Positions 1-9,517 of a stretch of 64,000 nt of DNA are shown one piece after another. The translations under genes were made by a program, and so were the position numbers. Every line of letters starts with the position of its first letter. Position 1 is the stretch's first letter. Location of the stretch: positions 1,600,001 through 1,664,000 of the forward strand of contig OY970067.1 of NCBI GenBank assembly GCA_963705305.1. Direction: 5' to 3'. The notes beneath the pieces were generated by a model. That model was not told the DNA's origin and searched no databases. It worked only from the letters and a program-made list of their open reading frames with translations. The DNA is from an uncultured Methylomirabilota bacterium (GTDB taxonomy: Bacteria > Methylomirabilota > Methylomirabilia > Methylomirabilales > 2-02-FULL-66-22).

Positions 1-17
1 GGGGTGCGCATGGCTTC

Positions 18-722
18 ATGGTGCGCTGGGTGATGCTGTCCACGGCCCCTGGAGGCAATGCGGATCAATTGGCGAATCATCATGATCGCCTCTTGAAGCG
101 AATCGAGCGCGAGTTCGGCTTCCCGGGCATCCAACATTTCTTCGTGCGAACGCGAGAGGGGCACGGCGTCCTGCATTGCCTGTGGGCGTGGCGCGGGGCC
201 TACCCCTTCTACGTCCCGCAAGCCTGGCTGTCGGAGGAGTGGGCGCGCCTCCACGGGGCCGAGGTCGTCTGGATCAAGAAAGTGAGGACGGGATACCGGG
301 GCCGGAGGGGGCTGAGTCGCTACGTGGTGGGCCAGTACGTCGCGGATCAATGCGGGTTGGTGTCGATGGGCTGGTCCTGGCAGAAAACGTTCGGCTTCCC
401 GTACGTCCAGGTTTGGGCGCGCTTTCGACGGGTCATGCGGGATCGCCCGTACCGCGAGACGGTGGATCGCTGGTCGGACATGATGGAGGGCAAGGAAATC
501 CTCCTACCGGATGGGCGGCTGTTCCATTTGGGCAACCTGGGCGAGTTGGTGGGCGTCTCGGCCTGGGAGAAGCGAGCCAGAGGGCGCGGGGCGGTGGCGC
601 GGCTCTGGGAAGATGTGCAGGTATTCGGGAAGCGGGCCAGAGATACCCATCCGGAGACAATCGCCAAACCTAGGGCTTCGCAGAGGCGCAGGCGGGCAAG
701 TGCAAGCGTGGATGCGCGGTGA
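18..722 (+). CDS. Putative HUH-superfamily rolling-circle replication initiator (Rep-like); probably 5'-truncated by the window edge
   Basis: Ordered motifs resembling RCR motif I (WVMLST), II (EGHGVLHCL) and III (RYVVGQY); frame open to window start; directly upstream of an integrase. Confidence 0.5.
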   Translation: MVRWVMLSTAPGGNADQLANHHDRLLKRIEREFGFPGIQHFFVRTREGHGVLHCLWAWRGAYPFYVPQAWLSEEWARLHGAEVVWIKKVRTGYRGRRGLSRYVVGQYVADQCGLVSMGWSWQKTFGFPYVQVWARFRRVMRDRPYRETVDRWSDMMEGKEILLPDGRLFHLGNLGELVGVSAWEKRARGRGAVARLWEDVQVFGKRARDTHPETIAKPRASQRRRRASASVDAR

Positions 723-868
723 GGCGTGGGCGTGGGTGAGGACCAGACCATAGGGTTCTGGCGCTGCGTGAGACTCCCGGAGCCGTGGCCCTTGACGGCT
801 GGGTCGTTCCTCCGCATACTCTGGACGGGCGAAGACGTGGTCGTGGCCCGGGCCGGAGGACCGAGGCG

Positions 869-1810
869 ATGACCCAACGCTTAGTCGAGCTCGTCGAGCA
901 GTTCTGTCAGTACCAGTTGAGGCAGCGGGGCAAGGCCGCGCGGGGCGTGCAGACGTACCGATGGACCCTGGAGCACTTCTGCAAGTTCGTCCAGGCCCAG
1001 GAGCATCGGTTGGCGCGGATCACGGATCTGAGCGTTAGCATGATTCAGGCGTGGATGGACGACATGGCCGGATCGAACCTCGCCCTGGAGACCTTGCGCA
1101 GCCGGCAGGCCAGCGTGTCGAGTTTCTGCAAGTGGCTGGTCAAGCGCCAGGTGCTCCCGACGAATCCGGTGGACCAGATGGAGCGCCCGCCCCATCGGCG
1201 GAGCGTGCCGGCGGTGCCGGGACCGGACATCATGGATGACTTGGTGCGCGCCGTTATCGAACGGGGCCATGCCCGGGATGTGGCCATCTTCCTCTTGCTG
1301 CGCTACACGGGCATGCGGCGGGAGGCGGTGGCATCCCTGCGCGTCGGGCATCTGGAGGGCGAGTGGGGACTGCGGGGCGTCCTGAACAAGGGGCAGAAGA
1401 TGCAAGACATCCCCGTGCCGGCGGTGGTGATGCGCTTCCTTGCCGCGTACGTCGAGCGGGTGCTCGCGGTGGAGTGTGGGAGCGTGACGCCGGAGACTCC
1501 GTTGTTCTGGTCGGCCTGGGGGCGGAAGGGCGTGGGGAAGATGCGCCAGCCGATGACGGGCAAGAACATCTGGCGCTTGTGCAAGGTGTACGGGGCCCGG
1601 ATCGGCTACCCGGCGCTGAAGCCTCACGACCTGCGGCACGGCGTGGCCATGGAAGTCCTGGCCCAGCGGAACAACCTGGAAGAGGTGCGGGCGCTCTTGG
1701 GGCATGCCCGGATCGACACGACGCAAATCTATACGATGATCCGGCCCCCGCAACTCAAGCAGGCCGTCACGTTTTACGAAGAACGAGCCTTGAAGATGTT
1801 GGAAGCGTAA
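869..1810 (+). CDS. Tyrosine recombinase/integrase (XerC/D-like)
   Basis: YTGMRREA (R), KPHDLRH (HxxR), LLGHARIDTTQIY (H,Y); GGAGG upstream of ATG 869. Confidence 0.92.
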   Translation: MTQRLVELVEQFCQYQLRQRGKAARGVQTYRWTLEHFCKFVQAQEHRLARITDLSVSMIQAWMDDMAGSNLALETLRSRQASVSSFCKWLVKRQVLPTNPVDQMERPPHRRSVPAVPGPDIMDDLVRAVIERGHARDVAIFLLLRYTGMRREAVASLRVGHLEGEWGLRGVLNKGQKMQDIPVPAVVMRFLAAYVERVLAVECGSVTPETPLFWSAWGRKGVGKMRQPMTGKNIWRLCKVYGARIGYPALKPHDLRHGVAMEVLAQRNNLEEVRALLGHARIDTTQIYTMIRPPQLKQAVTFYEERALKMLEA

Positions 1811-1887
1811 GCACGGGAGCAAATGTGGTTTGAGGAACAAACCGATGTTCCTCGAACCCGATGCGGTAACTACTGGAAAACAAGGGG

Positions 1888-1915
1888 GGTGTCCCCAGGC
1901 GGAATCCAACCCGCG
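1888..1915 (-). repeat. Degenerate tRNA-Glu-like 3'-end fragment (att-like site)
   Basis: 24/28 identical to 18020-18047 in the same orientation; ~80 nt after the integrase stop. Confidence 0.6.
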
Positions 1916-1974
1916 GGATTCTGTCGAAATTCAATGTTCTTGAGGAGATACGTCCAGAGGCGAATCTTCGTCGA

Positions 1975-2305
1975 AGGGATACCATTTATATATACGTCGT
2001 ATGACTCCAGGGGGATTTTCTCCATGGATACAACCTCCTGTAAGACCGCCCCGTAGGCCAGCTCCCCCGAAACTCGTACGTCCACGTGCCGGTTTCGAGT
2101 TCGACAGGGCGGAACGTCACGCGGTCCGCCAAGAGTCGCTTCAACACCTGCCGGATCTGCGGCACGTCGCCCCGGAGGAGGGCGGCGAAGCGGCCGGGTC
2201 CCGCGCCATGTCGCGCTTGATCCGCTTCAGGTCAAGGACGCCGAGGGCCGGACCGACCGCGAGGCGGGCGAGGTCGCCCTCGATCTCCGCGACCAGGGCC
2301 GCCGG
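1975..2305 (-). pseudogene. C-terminal remnant of a large serine recombinase (two frameshifts)
   Basis: Joining frames gives AEIEGDLARL..RFAALLRGDVPQIRQVLKRLLADRVTFRPVE..WTYEFRG/ELAYGAVLQEV..YINGIPS, resembling LSR tails that run into an att site. Confidence 0.55.
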
Positions 2306-2310
2306 GCCCG

Positions 2311-3009
2311 TCATGCGCGCGCTTGGTCGGACAGCCTCCTGTAATCCTCGGCGAAGGCCCGCTGGGCGATGCGGAAGATGCTGTCGGTGATGAAGAAGGC
2401 GGCGAAGACATCGATGGAATAGTGCAGGTGGCCGAACAGGACGGCGAGTGCGAAGAGGACTGACGAGCCGAGGAATATCCACCGCAGGATCCGGTTCTCC
2501 CAGAAAGTCAGGGCCAGCAGGAAGGGAAACCCTGTGTGGCCGGAGAAGAAGAGATCACCCGCGAAGGTGAGATCGCTCATGATCCGATTCGGATCGAGGA
2601 TCGCCTCATGCGCGGGGGGCCCGAGGTGGGTGAGAATCACGAAGAAGGACCGGATGACGATGAACAGGCTCAGGACCTTCAGGGTGAACGGCACAGTCCG
2701 CGGCTTGGCGAGCAGGATCCCCACTACGAACAGCCAAAACACAAACGCCCCATCGATGAAGATGAGGTCCACAGGCAGCGTCGGAACCCGATCGAGGACG
2801 AGGTCGTGCACCGCCCTGCCGGCATGGAGCGAGGCGTACGTGCCGGCCGCATAGTTGACCACCAGGCTGCCGGCCAGACCCAAGACTCCCTGGAGGAGGG
2901 AGGCCCGGAACCAGTGATCCCCCCAACAACCCCGGTATTCGGCCAGGGTGGTCCGCACGAAGACCCGGGGATCGGTCTCCCCAAACCAGGCCATGTCATG
3001 CCCCCTCAC
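2311..3009 (-). CDS. Sphingomyelin-synthase-like PAP2-superfamily membrane protein
   Basis: About 6 TM segments; AGDLFFSGHT and HYSIDV match the SMS/IPC-synthase D3/D4 motifs; alternative start 2994. Confidence 0.75.
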   Translation of the reverse strand: MRGHDMAWFGETDPRVFVRTTLAEYRGCWGDHWFRASLLQGVLGLAGSLVVNYAAGTYASLHAGRAVHDLVLDRVPTLPVDLIFIDGAFVFWLFVVGILLAKPRTVPFTLKVLSLFIVIRSFFVILTHLGPPAHEAILDPNRIMSDLTFAGDLFFSGHTGFPFLLALTFWENRILRWIFLGSSVLFALAVLFGHLHYSIDVFAAFFITDSIFRIAQRAFAEDYRRLSDQARA

Positions 3010-4358
3010 TGCCCACCGGGGACCCCGTTCCCTTCCGTCTTTTCACGGCCTCCGGGTGGCCCGGGGTTCTGCCCCGCCTCGCGTCGCCCCAGGAGCGCCA
3101 ACCCGTCCAAGATGACCGTATAGTTCCCCTCGTACCAGTAGATCAGCGCCCAGAGAATGAGGAGCCCGCCTGCGAAGCCTCCGAGGACGTCCGTGGGCCA
3201 ATTCGCCCCCAGGGCCACTCGGCTGATCCCAATGGCGAGGACGAGAAGGCTCGCTCCCACTTGGGATGGCCGCTCCCAGGCTGGCCAGAGGCGGCCCGTC
3301 AGATAGGCAGCCATGCCGTATGTCGCCGTGGCCACCAGGGCATGGCCGCTCGGAAAGCTGTAGTGGTTGAGGTGGACCAGGACGTCCCACAGGCTCGGGT
3401 GGGTCCGTTGGACGGTGTAGAGGAGGATCAGGGTGACGGCTTCAGCGGTCCCGGCCGCGGCCAGGAGGCCGAGCGCCTCCCGGCGGGCCCCGCGCTTCGC
3501 CAGGAGCCAGGTTCCGCCGGCCACCAGAAGGAGCACGGCGGGAAGCGAGCCCAGGGCGCTCCCCACCTGGGCCAGAACGGTGAGGATGGAGTCGCTCGGG
3601 ACGTGAAGGAGGTGGAGGAGGACCCGGTCGAAGCGACTGGACTCCCCCGTGACCACATCCTCGATAACCTTGCTGAAGAGGGAAAGGGCCGTGAGGTTGG
3701 CGAGGAGAATGACCCCCTCGCGGCGGCCAAGGGCACGGGGGAGGACGGCGGCCACCGCCCGCCGGAGGGTTCGCGTGTGGTGCAGCATGACGGTGAGTAG
3801 CAGGGCGAGCCCCCCGACACTCAGGGCGAGGAGTCCGCCGACGCCCACCCACTTCTCCAGCAGGTGCCAGCTCGCCCCGAAGAAGAAGCCGAGCAGGCTC
3901 ATCGCCACGGCCCACCGGAAGGCCCCGGCGGCGTTGTAGATTGCAAACATGCGCCAGCGCATGCCGGAGAGCCCGGCGAAGAGCGCCGCGACCACGCGAA
4001 GCCCCGAGACGAAGCGGGCAAAGAGGATGGTCTTGTCGCCGTGCCGCTCGAAGAAGGCCTCGGCAGCCCGCAGCCGCGGCGGGGTCAGGAGGAGGAACCG
4101 GCCGCGGCGGGTGAGGAAGGGCCGGGCGACCTTCTCGCCCAGCAGGTACCCCAGGTTGTCCCCGAGGATCGCCCCCGCGGTGGCAAGCAGGACAACCAGG
4201 CCCAGGCTGAAATGTCCTTGCGAGGCGAAGAAGCCGGCCGCCAGCAGGATCGTTTCGCCCGGGAGGGGAATGCCCGCGTTCTCTGCCATGACACCGAGGA
4301 AGACCGCCACGTAGCCGAAGCGGAGAAACAGCTGCAGAAGAGCCTCGAGGAGATTCAT
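3006..4358 (-). CDS. DedA-PAP2 fusion protein
   Basis: N-term ENAGIPLPGETILL, GDNLGY, RFVSGLR (DedA); C-term SFPSGHA, SRVALGANWPTDV (PAP2); ATGA overlap with the upstream stop. Confidence 0.9.
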   Translation of the reverse strand: MNLLEALLQLFLRFGYVAVFLGVMAENAGIPLPGETILLAAGFFASQGHFSLGLVVLLATAGAILGDNLGYLLGEKVARPFLTRRGRFLLLTPPRLRAAEAFFERHGDKTILFARFVSGLRVVAALFAGLSGMRWRMFAIYNAAGAFRWAVAMSLLGFFFGASWHLLEKWVGVGGLLALSVGGLALLLTVMLHHTRTLRRAVAAVLPRALGRREGVILLANLTALSLFSKVIEDVVTGESSRFDRVLLHLLHVPSDSILTVLAQVGSALGSLPAVLLLVAGGTWLLAKRGARREALGLLAAAGTAEAVTLILLYTVQRTHPSLWDVLVHLNHYSFPSGHALVATATYGMAAYLTGRLWPAWERPSQVGASLLVLAIGISRVALGANWPTDVLGGFAGGLLILWALIYWYEGNYTVILDGLALLGRREAGQNPGPPGGREKTEGNGVPGGQ

Positions 4359-4954
4359 GGCCTCCGTTTCCATCCCCGGCCGGCGGCGAGCCACTCACAC
4401 GCGGCGTCGGTCCACTTGGCGGCCAAGTTCACCAGCGGACGCACCCATGGGTCCCCTCTGGGAATTCCCCCGCCCACCGCGCCACCGATGAGCGCCCCGC
4501 CGAGGACATCCAGGGGGTAATGGGTGCCCACAAAGACCCGGGCGACCCCCAGAAGGATGCCCAGACCCAACAATCCTACGCCGAGCCTCCGGTGGGTTCG
4601 AGCGAGGGCCACAGCGATGGCGAAGGCCGCCAGGGTATGATCGGAGGGAAACGAGGGGTCGGCAGTCCGCGGGATCAAGAGATGGACGGTGTGGGTGGCA
4701 AAGGGGCGCGGCCGAGGATAGAACCAGATGATCACCTGCCCAAGGCCCAAAGCCACCGCGGCCGCCGCCAAGGCGCGGCCGACCGCCAGGCGGTCCAACG
4801 CTCTCTGGGCTCCGTGCCCGTGCACGCCCCAGAGCCACACGAGGAGGACGGCGTACAGCAGCGGGGCGTAGACCGCAATCCCGACGAGGGGGCGATCGAG
4901 CCAAGCCGGCCGGCCCGCCAGATCATTGATGAGTCGGAATATGGTGTAATCCAT
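4355..4954 (-). CDS. PAP2 undecaprenyl-pyrophosphate phosphatase (BcrC-like)
   Basis: RPRPF, PSFPSDH, ARVFVGTHYPLDV motifs; hydrophobic. Confidence 0.88.
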   Translation of the reverse strand: MDYTIFRLINDLAGRPAWLDRPLVGIAVYAPLLYAVLLVWLWGVHGHGAQRALDRLAVGRALAAAAVALGLGQVIIWFYPRPRPFATHTVHLLIPRTADPSFPSDHTLAAFAIAVALARTHRRLGVGLLGLGILLGVARVFVGTHYPLDVLGGALIGGAVGGGIPRGDPWVRPLVNLAAKWTDAACEWLAAGRGWKRRP

Positions 4955-5199
4955 CGGTGCTCCTGGCGGGAGCCGGCTTGGTCACGCTGCCCCCCGAGGC
5001 CGGTGCGTCTCGAGGGGAGATGCCAGACCGCCTCGCCCCCATTTCGTAATCGATGGGCGGCAACCTTCACAAGGACACAGGAGGCTGCCCCTCGGCCCGG
5101 GGAACAACAGAGTGAGCATGTGCTCCCGGGACTCGGGGCCAGGAGAGAGACGAGCGCGGCGGATCGCCCCTCTAGGGTCGGCCCCGGTCGTGCGGTTTC

Positions 5200-5445
5200 T
5201 CAACGGAGGAGGGCAAAGGCGACGACCGCGACGAGTCCGACCCCCGCGAGGGCGACCGCCACCCCCACGAAGAGGATCATCCTCCGGAGTGTCCGGAGCA
5301 GCCGCTCCCCCTCGAGCAGGTAGTCCTCTGCGTGCTGCTCGATCATCTCCCACACGTGGTCAACGCGCGGCTCCCGATCGCGCGGAGGCTCTCCCGTGTC
5401 GCCGCCCACGCGTGTCTGTTTCTCCTCCCAGCCCTTGATGACCAT
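5200..5445 (-). CDS. Small hypothetical protein with a C-terminal TM helix (start uncertain)
   Basis: ILFVGVAVALAGVGLVAVVAFALL; same strand as the PAP2 cluster. Confidence 0.4.
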   Translation of the reverse strand: MVIKGWEEKQTRVGGDTGEPPRDREPRVDHVWEMIEQHAEDYLLEGERLLRTLRRMILFVGVAVALAGVGLVAVVAFALLR

Positions 5446-5505
5446 CGGACACTCTCCCGTCCCGAGTCGGCCCCCAAAGATCCCCGGGCCGCATCGGTGG
5501 TGAAG

Positions 5506-6012
5506 TCACCCGGACCCCGTCACCTGGACGCTTCGAGAATCGCTCGCCGAGCCCCTCGGGTCTCCGCGATCGGCTCCAGGGTGGCTCCCAGCCCCACAAC
5601 CGAGGCGCCAAGCAGCACGACCTCCCCCGCGAACGGAGTCACCCCCGCGCAGGCGACGACCCCTACGAGTATCCCCCGCATCCTGGCGGGAAGGCGTCCC
5701 GGCTCCCAAACCCAGGCGAGGACCATGGCCCGCCCCCAGGACCGCCTCCCCTCCGATAAGGGAGAAGAGGAGGAAACCCACGGGAAGTCCGATGACCGTC
5801 AGGCTTGCTGCGGGGGCGGCCCTGCCGAGAAGGGCTGCCCACAGGAGACCCAGCCCCATCCCGCGGACGGGGCGCGCGCTCAGTCGTCTAACTTGACGGG
5901 CCACGACGGCTATGGGGGCCGAGTGCCAGGCAGGCATTCCGGCGGCGATTAACAGGGCGAGACGAAGAAGGAGAAGAGCGGCGAGGACAATCCTCGGGTG
6001 AGCAAGGCTCAC
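5506..6012 (-). pseudogene. Degraded multi-TM membrane protein
   Basis: Hydrophobic segments (LTVIGLPVGFLLF; VVLLGASVVGLGA) split across two frames; first ORF after the promoter at 6103. Confidence 0.35.
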
Positions 6013-6102
6013 CGTCTCGACAACCGCCGGCGATACCGCCGTGATGGACTCTCGGCCTCGGACCGCGGCGGGGAACTCGTTCGCTCCCTGAGCCGCGCTG
6101 AT

Positions 6103-6155
6103 AGGATAACCGCAGAGCCTTGCATGGACATTACCCGGGTATTACATCGGTGTAA
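6103..6155 (-). promoter_or_regulatory. Shared 53-bp response-regulator promoter motif, copy 1 (faces the PAP2/DedA cluster)
   Basis: TTACA-ccga-TGTAAT-acccggg-TAATG-tcca-TGCAAG-N10-TATCCT on the minus strand. Confidence 0.75.
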
Positions 6156-6652
6156 AGGATGGGGTGGTCGGGGGCCCGGAGAGAGGTGCTCAGCGGGCAG
6201 AGGCGGGGGCAGCGGAGGGTGAGGCGCCAGCCAGGCCCGCATGGCATTCTGGAAATGCGGCCCCGCATCGGGAACGGTCGGCGCTTCGCTTGTAGCCATG
6301 CGGGGACAGCCTCACCGGCTGAGCTGACGGGTGACGGTCGATAGATGTTTTGGCTGCCAGAACAAAGCGTCTCATGATTCCTGTCCATGGATTCTCGAGC
6401 AGCCCCGCCAAGCCTTAAATCAACGAAATCGGGAGGCTGAGTGACGGACCACCAAGCGCCGAGGGCTTTGGGCGCTGGCCGCAGGGCGTCCATCCGGCAG
6501 CCTCGCGGTCTGGCGCCGGAGTCTCTCGAGGCCATCTCTCGACAACTTGAACCTGGAAAGTGCAGCCTCTCGGGGGTATAAATGTGTCAGGAGAGATCCC
6601 CGGGCGTGGGCGCTGACTCCACTGAGGTCGGAAGGAAGCAAGCGGGAGGGGT

Positions 6653-7333
6653 GTGCCGGTGCGAGTCCTGGTCGTGGAAGACGACCGGAAGATCGCGTCG
6701 TTCATCGTGAAAGGCCTGGAACAGGCAGGTTTCGCCGTGGACCATTCGGACAATGGCGAGGACGGCCTACACCTGGCCCTCACCGAACCGTACGACGCCG
6801 CCGTCATCGACATCATGCTACCCAAGCTGGATGGCCTAGCCATTATCGAAGAGATGCGGCGAAATAAGATCCGCACCCCCGTGATCATCCTGAGCGCCAA
6901 GCGCTCGGTGGATGATCGAATCAAGGGCTTGCAGACCGGGAGTGACGATTACCTGACGAAGCCCTTCGCCTTCTCCGAGTTCCTGGCGCGCCTCCAGGCC
7001 CTGATCCGGCGAGCGACCGGCGCCACCGAGCCCACGCGTCTGGTGGCGGGGGATCTCGTGATGGATCTCACCAGCCGGAAGGTCACGCGGGCGGGCCGAC
7101 CCGTCGAGTTGCAGGCACGGGAGTTCTCCCTTCTGGAGTATTTGATGCGGAATGCTGATCGCCCCGTGTCGAAGACCATGATCCTAGAGCACGTCTGGGA
7201 GTACAGCTTTGACCCGCAGACGAATATCGTGGACGTGCTGGTTTGCCGATTGCGGAATAAGGTGGATCGGGATTTTCCGAGCAAGATGATTCAGACCATT
7301 CGGGGTGTGGGCTATGTCCTTAAAGGAACTTAG
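6653..7333 (+). CDS. OmpR-family response regulator (CusR/CopR-like)
   Basis: VLVVEDD, DIMLPKLDG, DDYLTKPF, winged-helix C-term TIRGVGY. Confidence 0.95.
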   Translation: MPVRVLVVEDDRKIASFIVKGLEQAGFAVDHSDNGEDGLHLALTEPYDAAVIDIMLPKLDGLAIIEEMRRNKIRTPVIILSAKRSVDDRIKGLQTGSDDYLTKPFAFSEFLARLQALIRRATGATEPTRLVAGDLVMDLTSRKVTRAGRPVELQAREFSLLEYLMRNADRPVSKTMILEHVWEYSFDPQTNIVDVLVCRLRNKVDRDFPSKMIQTIRGVGYVLKGT

Positions 7334-8723
7334 CCGACTGCGGAAGACCATCGGGTTTCACCTGACCGCCTGGTATACGGCCTTTTTCATCCTCAGCGCG
7401 GCGGCGCTTTTTGGTCTTGCCTACTTTCTCCTGGCGTCTTCCCTCCAGACCAACGACCGGGAGAGCATTCACGTAAAGCTCACGGAACTGGTTGCCCAAT
7501 ATACGCAGGACGGCCTCGGTGGCCTCAAGGAGTCCCTGGCAACGCAGGGACGCCAAGGGACGGGCCCCTTTTTCGTCCGCGCGGCCGGACCGCAGAACAA
7601 CACGCTCCTCTTGCAGATTCCCAGGCAATGGGCAGATTTCGAGCTCCAGAAACTGGAGCAACTCGGGAACGTGCAGGACGGAGAGTGGACGTACGTGACT
7701 GCGAAGGGTGACGACAGTCTGCTGGAGGTCCAGTCCGCTCGTCTGCCGGACGGCTCGCTCTTGCAGGTGGGGAGAAGCACGGAGGACCGGGACAGCCTCA
7801 TCGAGCATATCGGCCGGGTTGTAGCCGGCGTCATGCTGGTCATGATCGGCCTGGCCTTCGGCGGCGGGACCTTGCTGGCATTCCGTGCCCTGCGCCCGGT
7901 CCGGAGCCTGATCCGCACCGTCCGGGCCATCGAGGCGGGGAGCATGGAGGCCCGGGTGGAAATCCGGCAGGCGGGCGACGAGCTGGACGAATTGGGGCTC
8001 CTGTTCAACCGCATGCTGGACCGAATCGAGGCGTTGATCCGGGGCATGCGCGGCGCCCTGGACAACGTCGCCCACGACCTGCGGACGCCAATGGCCCGGC
8101 TGCGCGGCACGGCCGAATTCGCCTTACGGTCGCGGGAGGATCCGTCGATTTACCGAGAAGCCCTCGGGGACTGCGTGGAGGAGTCGGACCGGCTGATCAC
8201 GATGTTGAACACCCTCATGGACATTTCCGAGGCCGAGACGGGCGCACTGAAGCTGGACCTCCAGCCGGTCAACCTGGCCGTGTTGATCGAGGACGCTGTC
8301 GAGCTGTATGGGTACCTGGCAGAGGAGAAGAACATCACCATCTCCACATCCGTCCCACGGGACCTGGACGTGGCGGCCGACCGGACCCGGCTACAACAAG
8401 TCCTCGCCAATCTGCTGGACAATGCCGTCAAGTACACTCCATCGGGGGGGCGGATCACCCTCATCGCCTACCCGCAAGAGGACGAAAGCGTGATCGTCAT
8501 CGAGGATACGGGGAGCGGCATCCACCCCGACGAGCTTCCCAAGATCTGGGATCGCCTGTATCGTGGCGACCAGAGCCGCTCGCAGCGAGGCCTGGGTCTC
8601 GGCCTGAGCCTGGTCAAGGCTGTGGTCCAGGCGCACCGGGGTAGCGTTCAGGTGTGGAGCGAGCCCGGCACCGGCACACGCTTCACGCTCACCTTCCCCG
8701 CGGCTCTTGCCTCTGCCCGTTGA
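7314..8723 (+). CDS. Sensor histidine kinase (2 TM, HAMP, HisKA, HATPase)
   Basis: AHDLRTP, NLLDNAVKY, DTGSGI, GLGLGL; overlaps the regulator stop. Confidence 0.95.
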   Translation: MSLKELSRLRKTIGFHLTAWYTAFFILSAAALFGLAYFLLASSLQTNDRESIHVKLTELVAQYTQDGLGGLKESLATQGRQGTGPFFVRAAGPQNNTLLLQIPRQWADFELQKLEQLGNVQDGEWTYVTAKGDDSLLEVQSARLPDGSLLQVGRSTEDRDSLIEHIGRVVAGVMLVMIGLAFGGGTLLAFRALRPVRSLIRTVRAIEAGSMEARVEIRQAGDELDELGLLFNRMLDRIEALIRGMRGALDNVAHDLRTPMARLRGTAEFALRSREDPSIYREALGDCVEESDRLITMLNTLMDISEAETGALKLDLQPVNLAVLIEDAVELYGYLAEEKNITISTSVPRDLDVAADRTRLQQVLANLLDNAVKYTPSGGRITLIAYPQEDESVIVIEDTGSGIHPDELPKIWDRLYRGDQSRSQRGLGLGLSLVKAVVQAHRGSVQVWSEPGTGTRFTLTFPAALASAR

Positions 8724-8760
8724 AGAACCCCTCCGAGCACCCGAGCCTCTGACCTCTGCC

Positions 8761-8813
8761 TTACACTCATGTAATGCCCGGGCAATGTCCGTGCAAGTCT
8801 CTCCGACTATCTT
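8761..8813 (+). promoter_or_regulatory. Shared 53-bp promoter motif, copy 2 (faces the PepSY-ABC operon)
   Basis: TTACA-ctca-TGTAAT-gcccggg-CAATG-tccg-TGCAAG-N10-TATCTT. Confidence 0.75.
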
Positions 8814-8920
8814 ATGCCGTGACACAGCGAGCAAACGTGCTCCCCATCGCGGCAGGGGTCGCGACCGTAAGCCGGGCCGGCGCCGGTCCGGGAAAGAAAC
8901 GGCACGAAGGAGGATCGTAC

Positions 8921-9388
8921 ATGAGTGGGAAGACGATCGGAATGGTTCTGGGTGCGGCGGTACTGGGGATTGCCTTGATCGGCGGCGGGTACGGGCCGGG
9001 GCAGGCCGGGGCCCAGGCCGCTGCCCATGCTTCCAAGGTTCAGGTAGGGGACCGGGTTCGCGAGGAGTCCCCCGTCTACACGGCCAGCATTCAGGTGAAG
9101 GACCAGGACCGCGAGGAGCAGGGCGAACGGCACGAGGAAGGGGGCGAGGCCGTCCAGCTGGCGAGTCTGGCCAAAATCGACACGACCCAGGCGATCTCGG
9201 CAGCCCTGGCCCAGGTGCCCGGGACGGTCCTCAAGACCAGCCTCGACAACGAGAACGGAAACCTCGTCTACAGCGTGGAGGTGAAGACCACGGCGAGCGA
9301 GGCCAAGGATGTGAAGGTGGATGCCGGCAACGGCAAGGTCCTGCACGTCGAGGCTGCCGGCCACGATGAGGAGGAGGGAGAGGAATAG
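8921..9388 (+). CDS. Exported PepSY-domain protein
   Basis: Signal peptide; AKIDTTQAISAALAQVPGTVLKTSLDNENGNLVYSVEV..VKVDAGNGKVL; AAGGAGG RBS. Confidence 0.88.
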   Translation: MSGKTIGMVLGAAVLGIALIGGGYGPGQAGAQAAAHASKVQVGDRVREESPVYTASIQVKDQDREEQGERHEEGGEAVQLASLAKIDTTQAISAALAQVPGTVLKTSLDNENGNLVYSVEVKTTASEAKDVKVDAGNGKVLHVEAAGHDEEEGEE

Positions 9389-9398
9389 ACCTATCCCC

Positions 9399-9436
9399 GG
9401 CACCCCCCGGGAGGGTCGCCTTCCTTGGGGGGTGCC
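9399..9436 (+). other. Strong GC hairpin between PepSY and ABC genes (mRNA stabiliser or weak terminator)
   Basis: GGCACCCCCC...GGGGGGTGCC stem, no U-tract. Confidence 0.5.
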
Positions 9437-9517
9437 TGCCGCTGCGCCCATGGGCCTTGTGTAGAAATCCCAAGCGGTCATGGGCTTCGCGAGGCGCCGG
9501 TTCGAGAGGAAGAAGCA

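Noticed and set aside
6653..8723. Copper/heavy-metal resistance locus (cusRS/copRS)
   Set aside because: The regulator and box resemble that group, but no efflux, oxidase or metal-binding genes are present, so no symbol was assigned.
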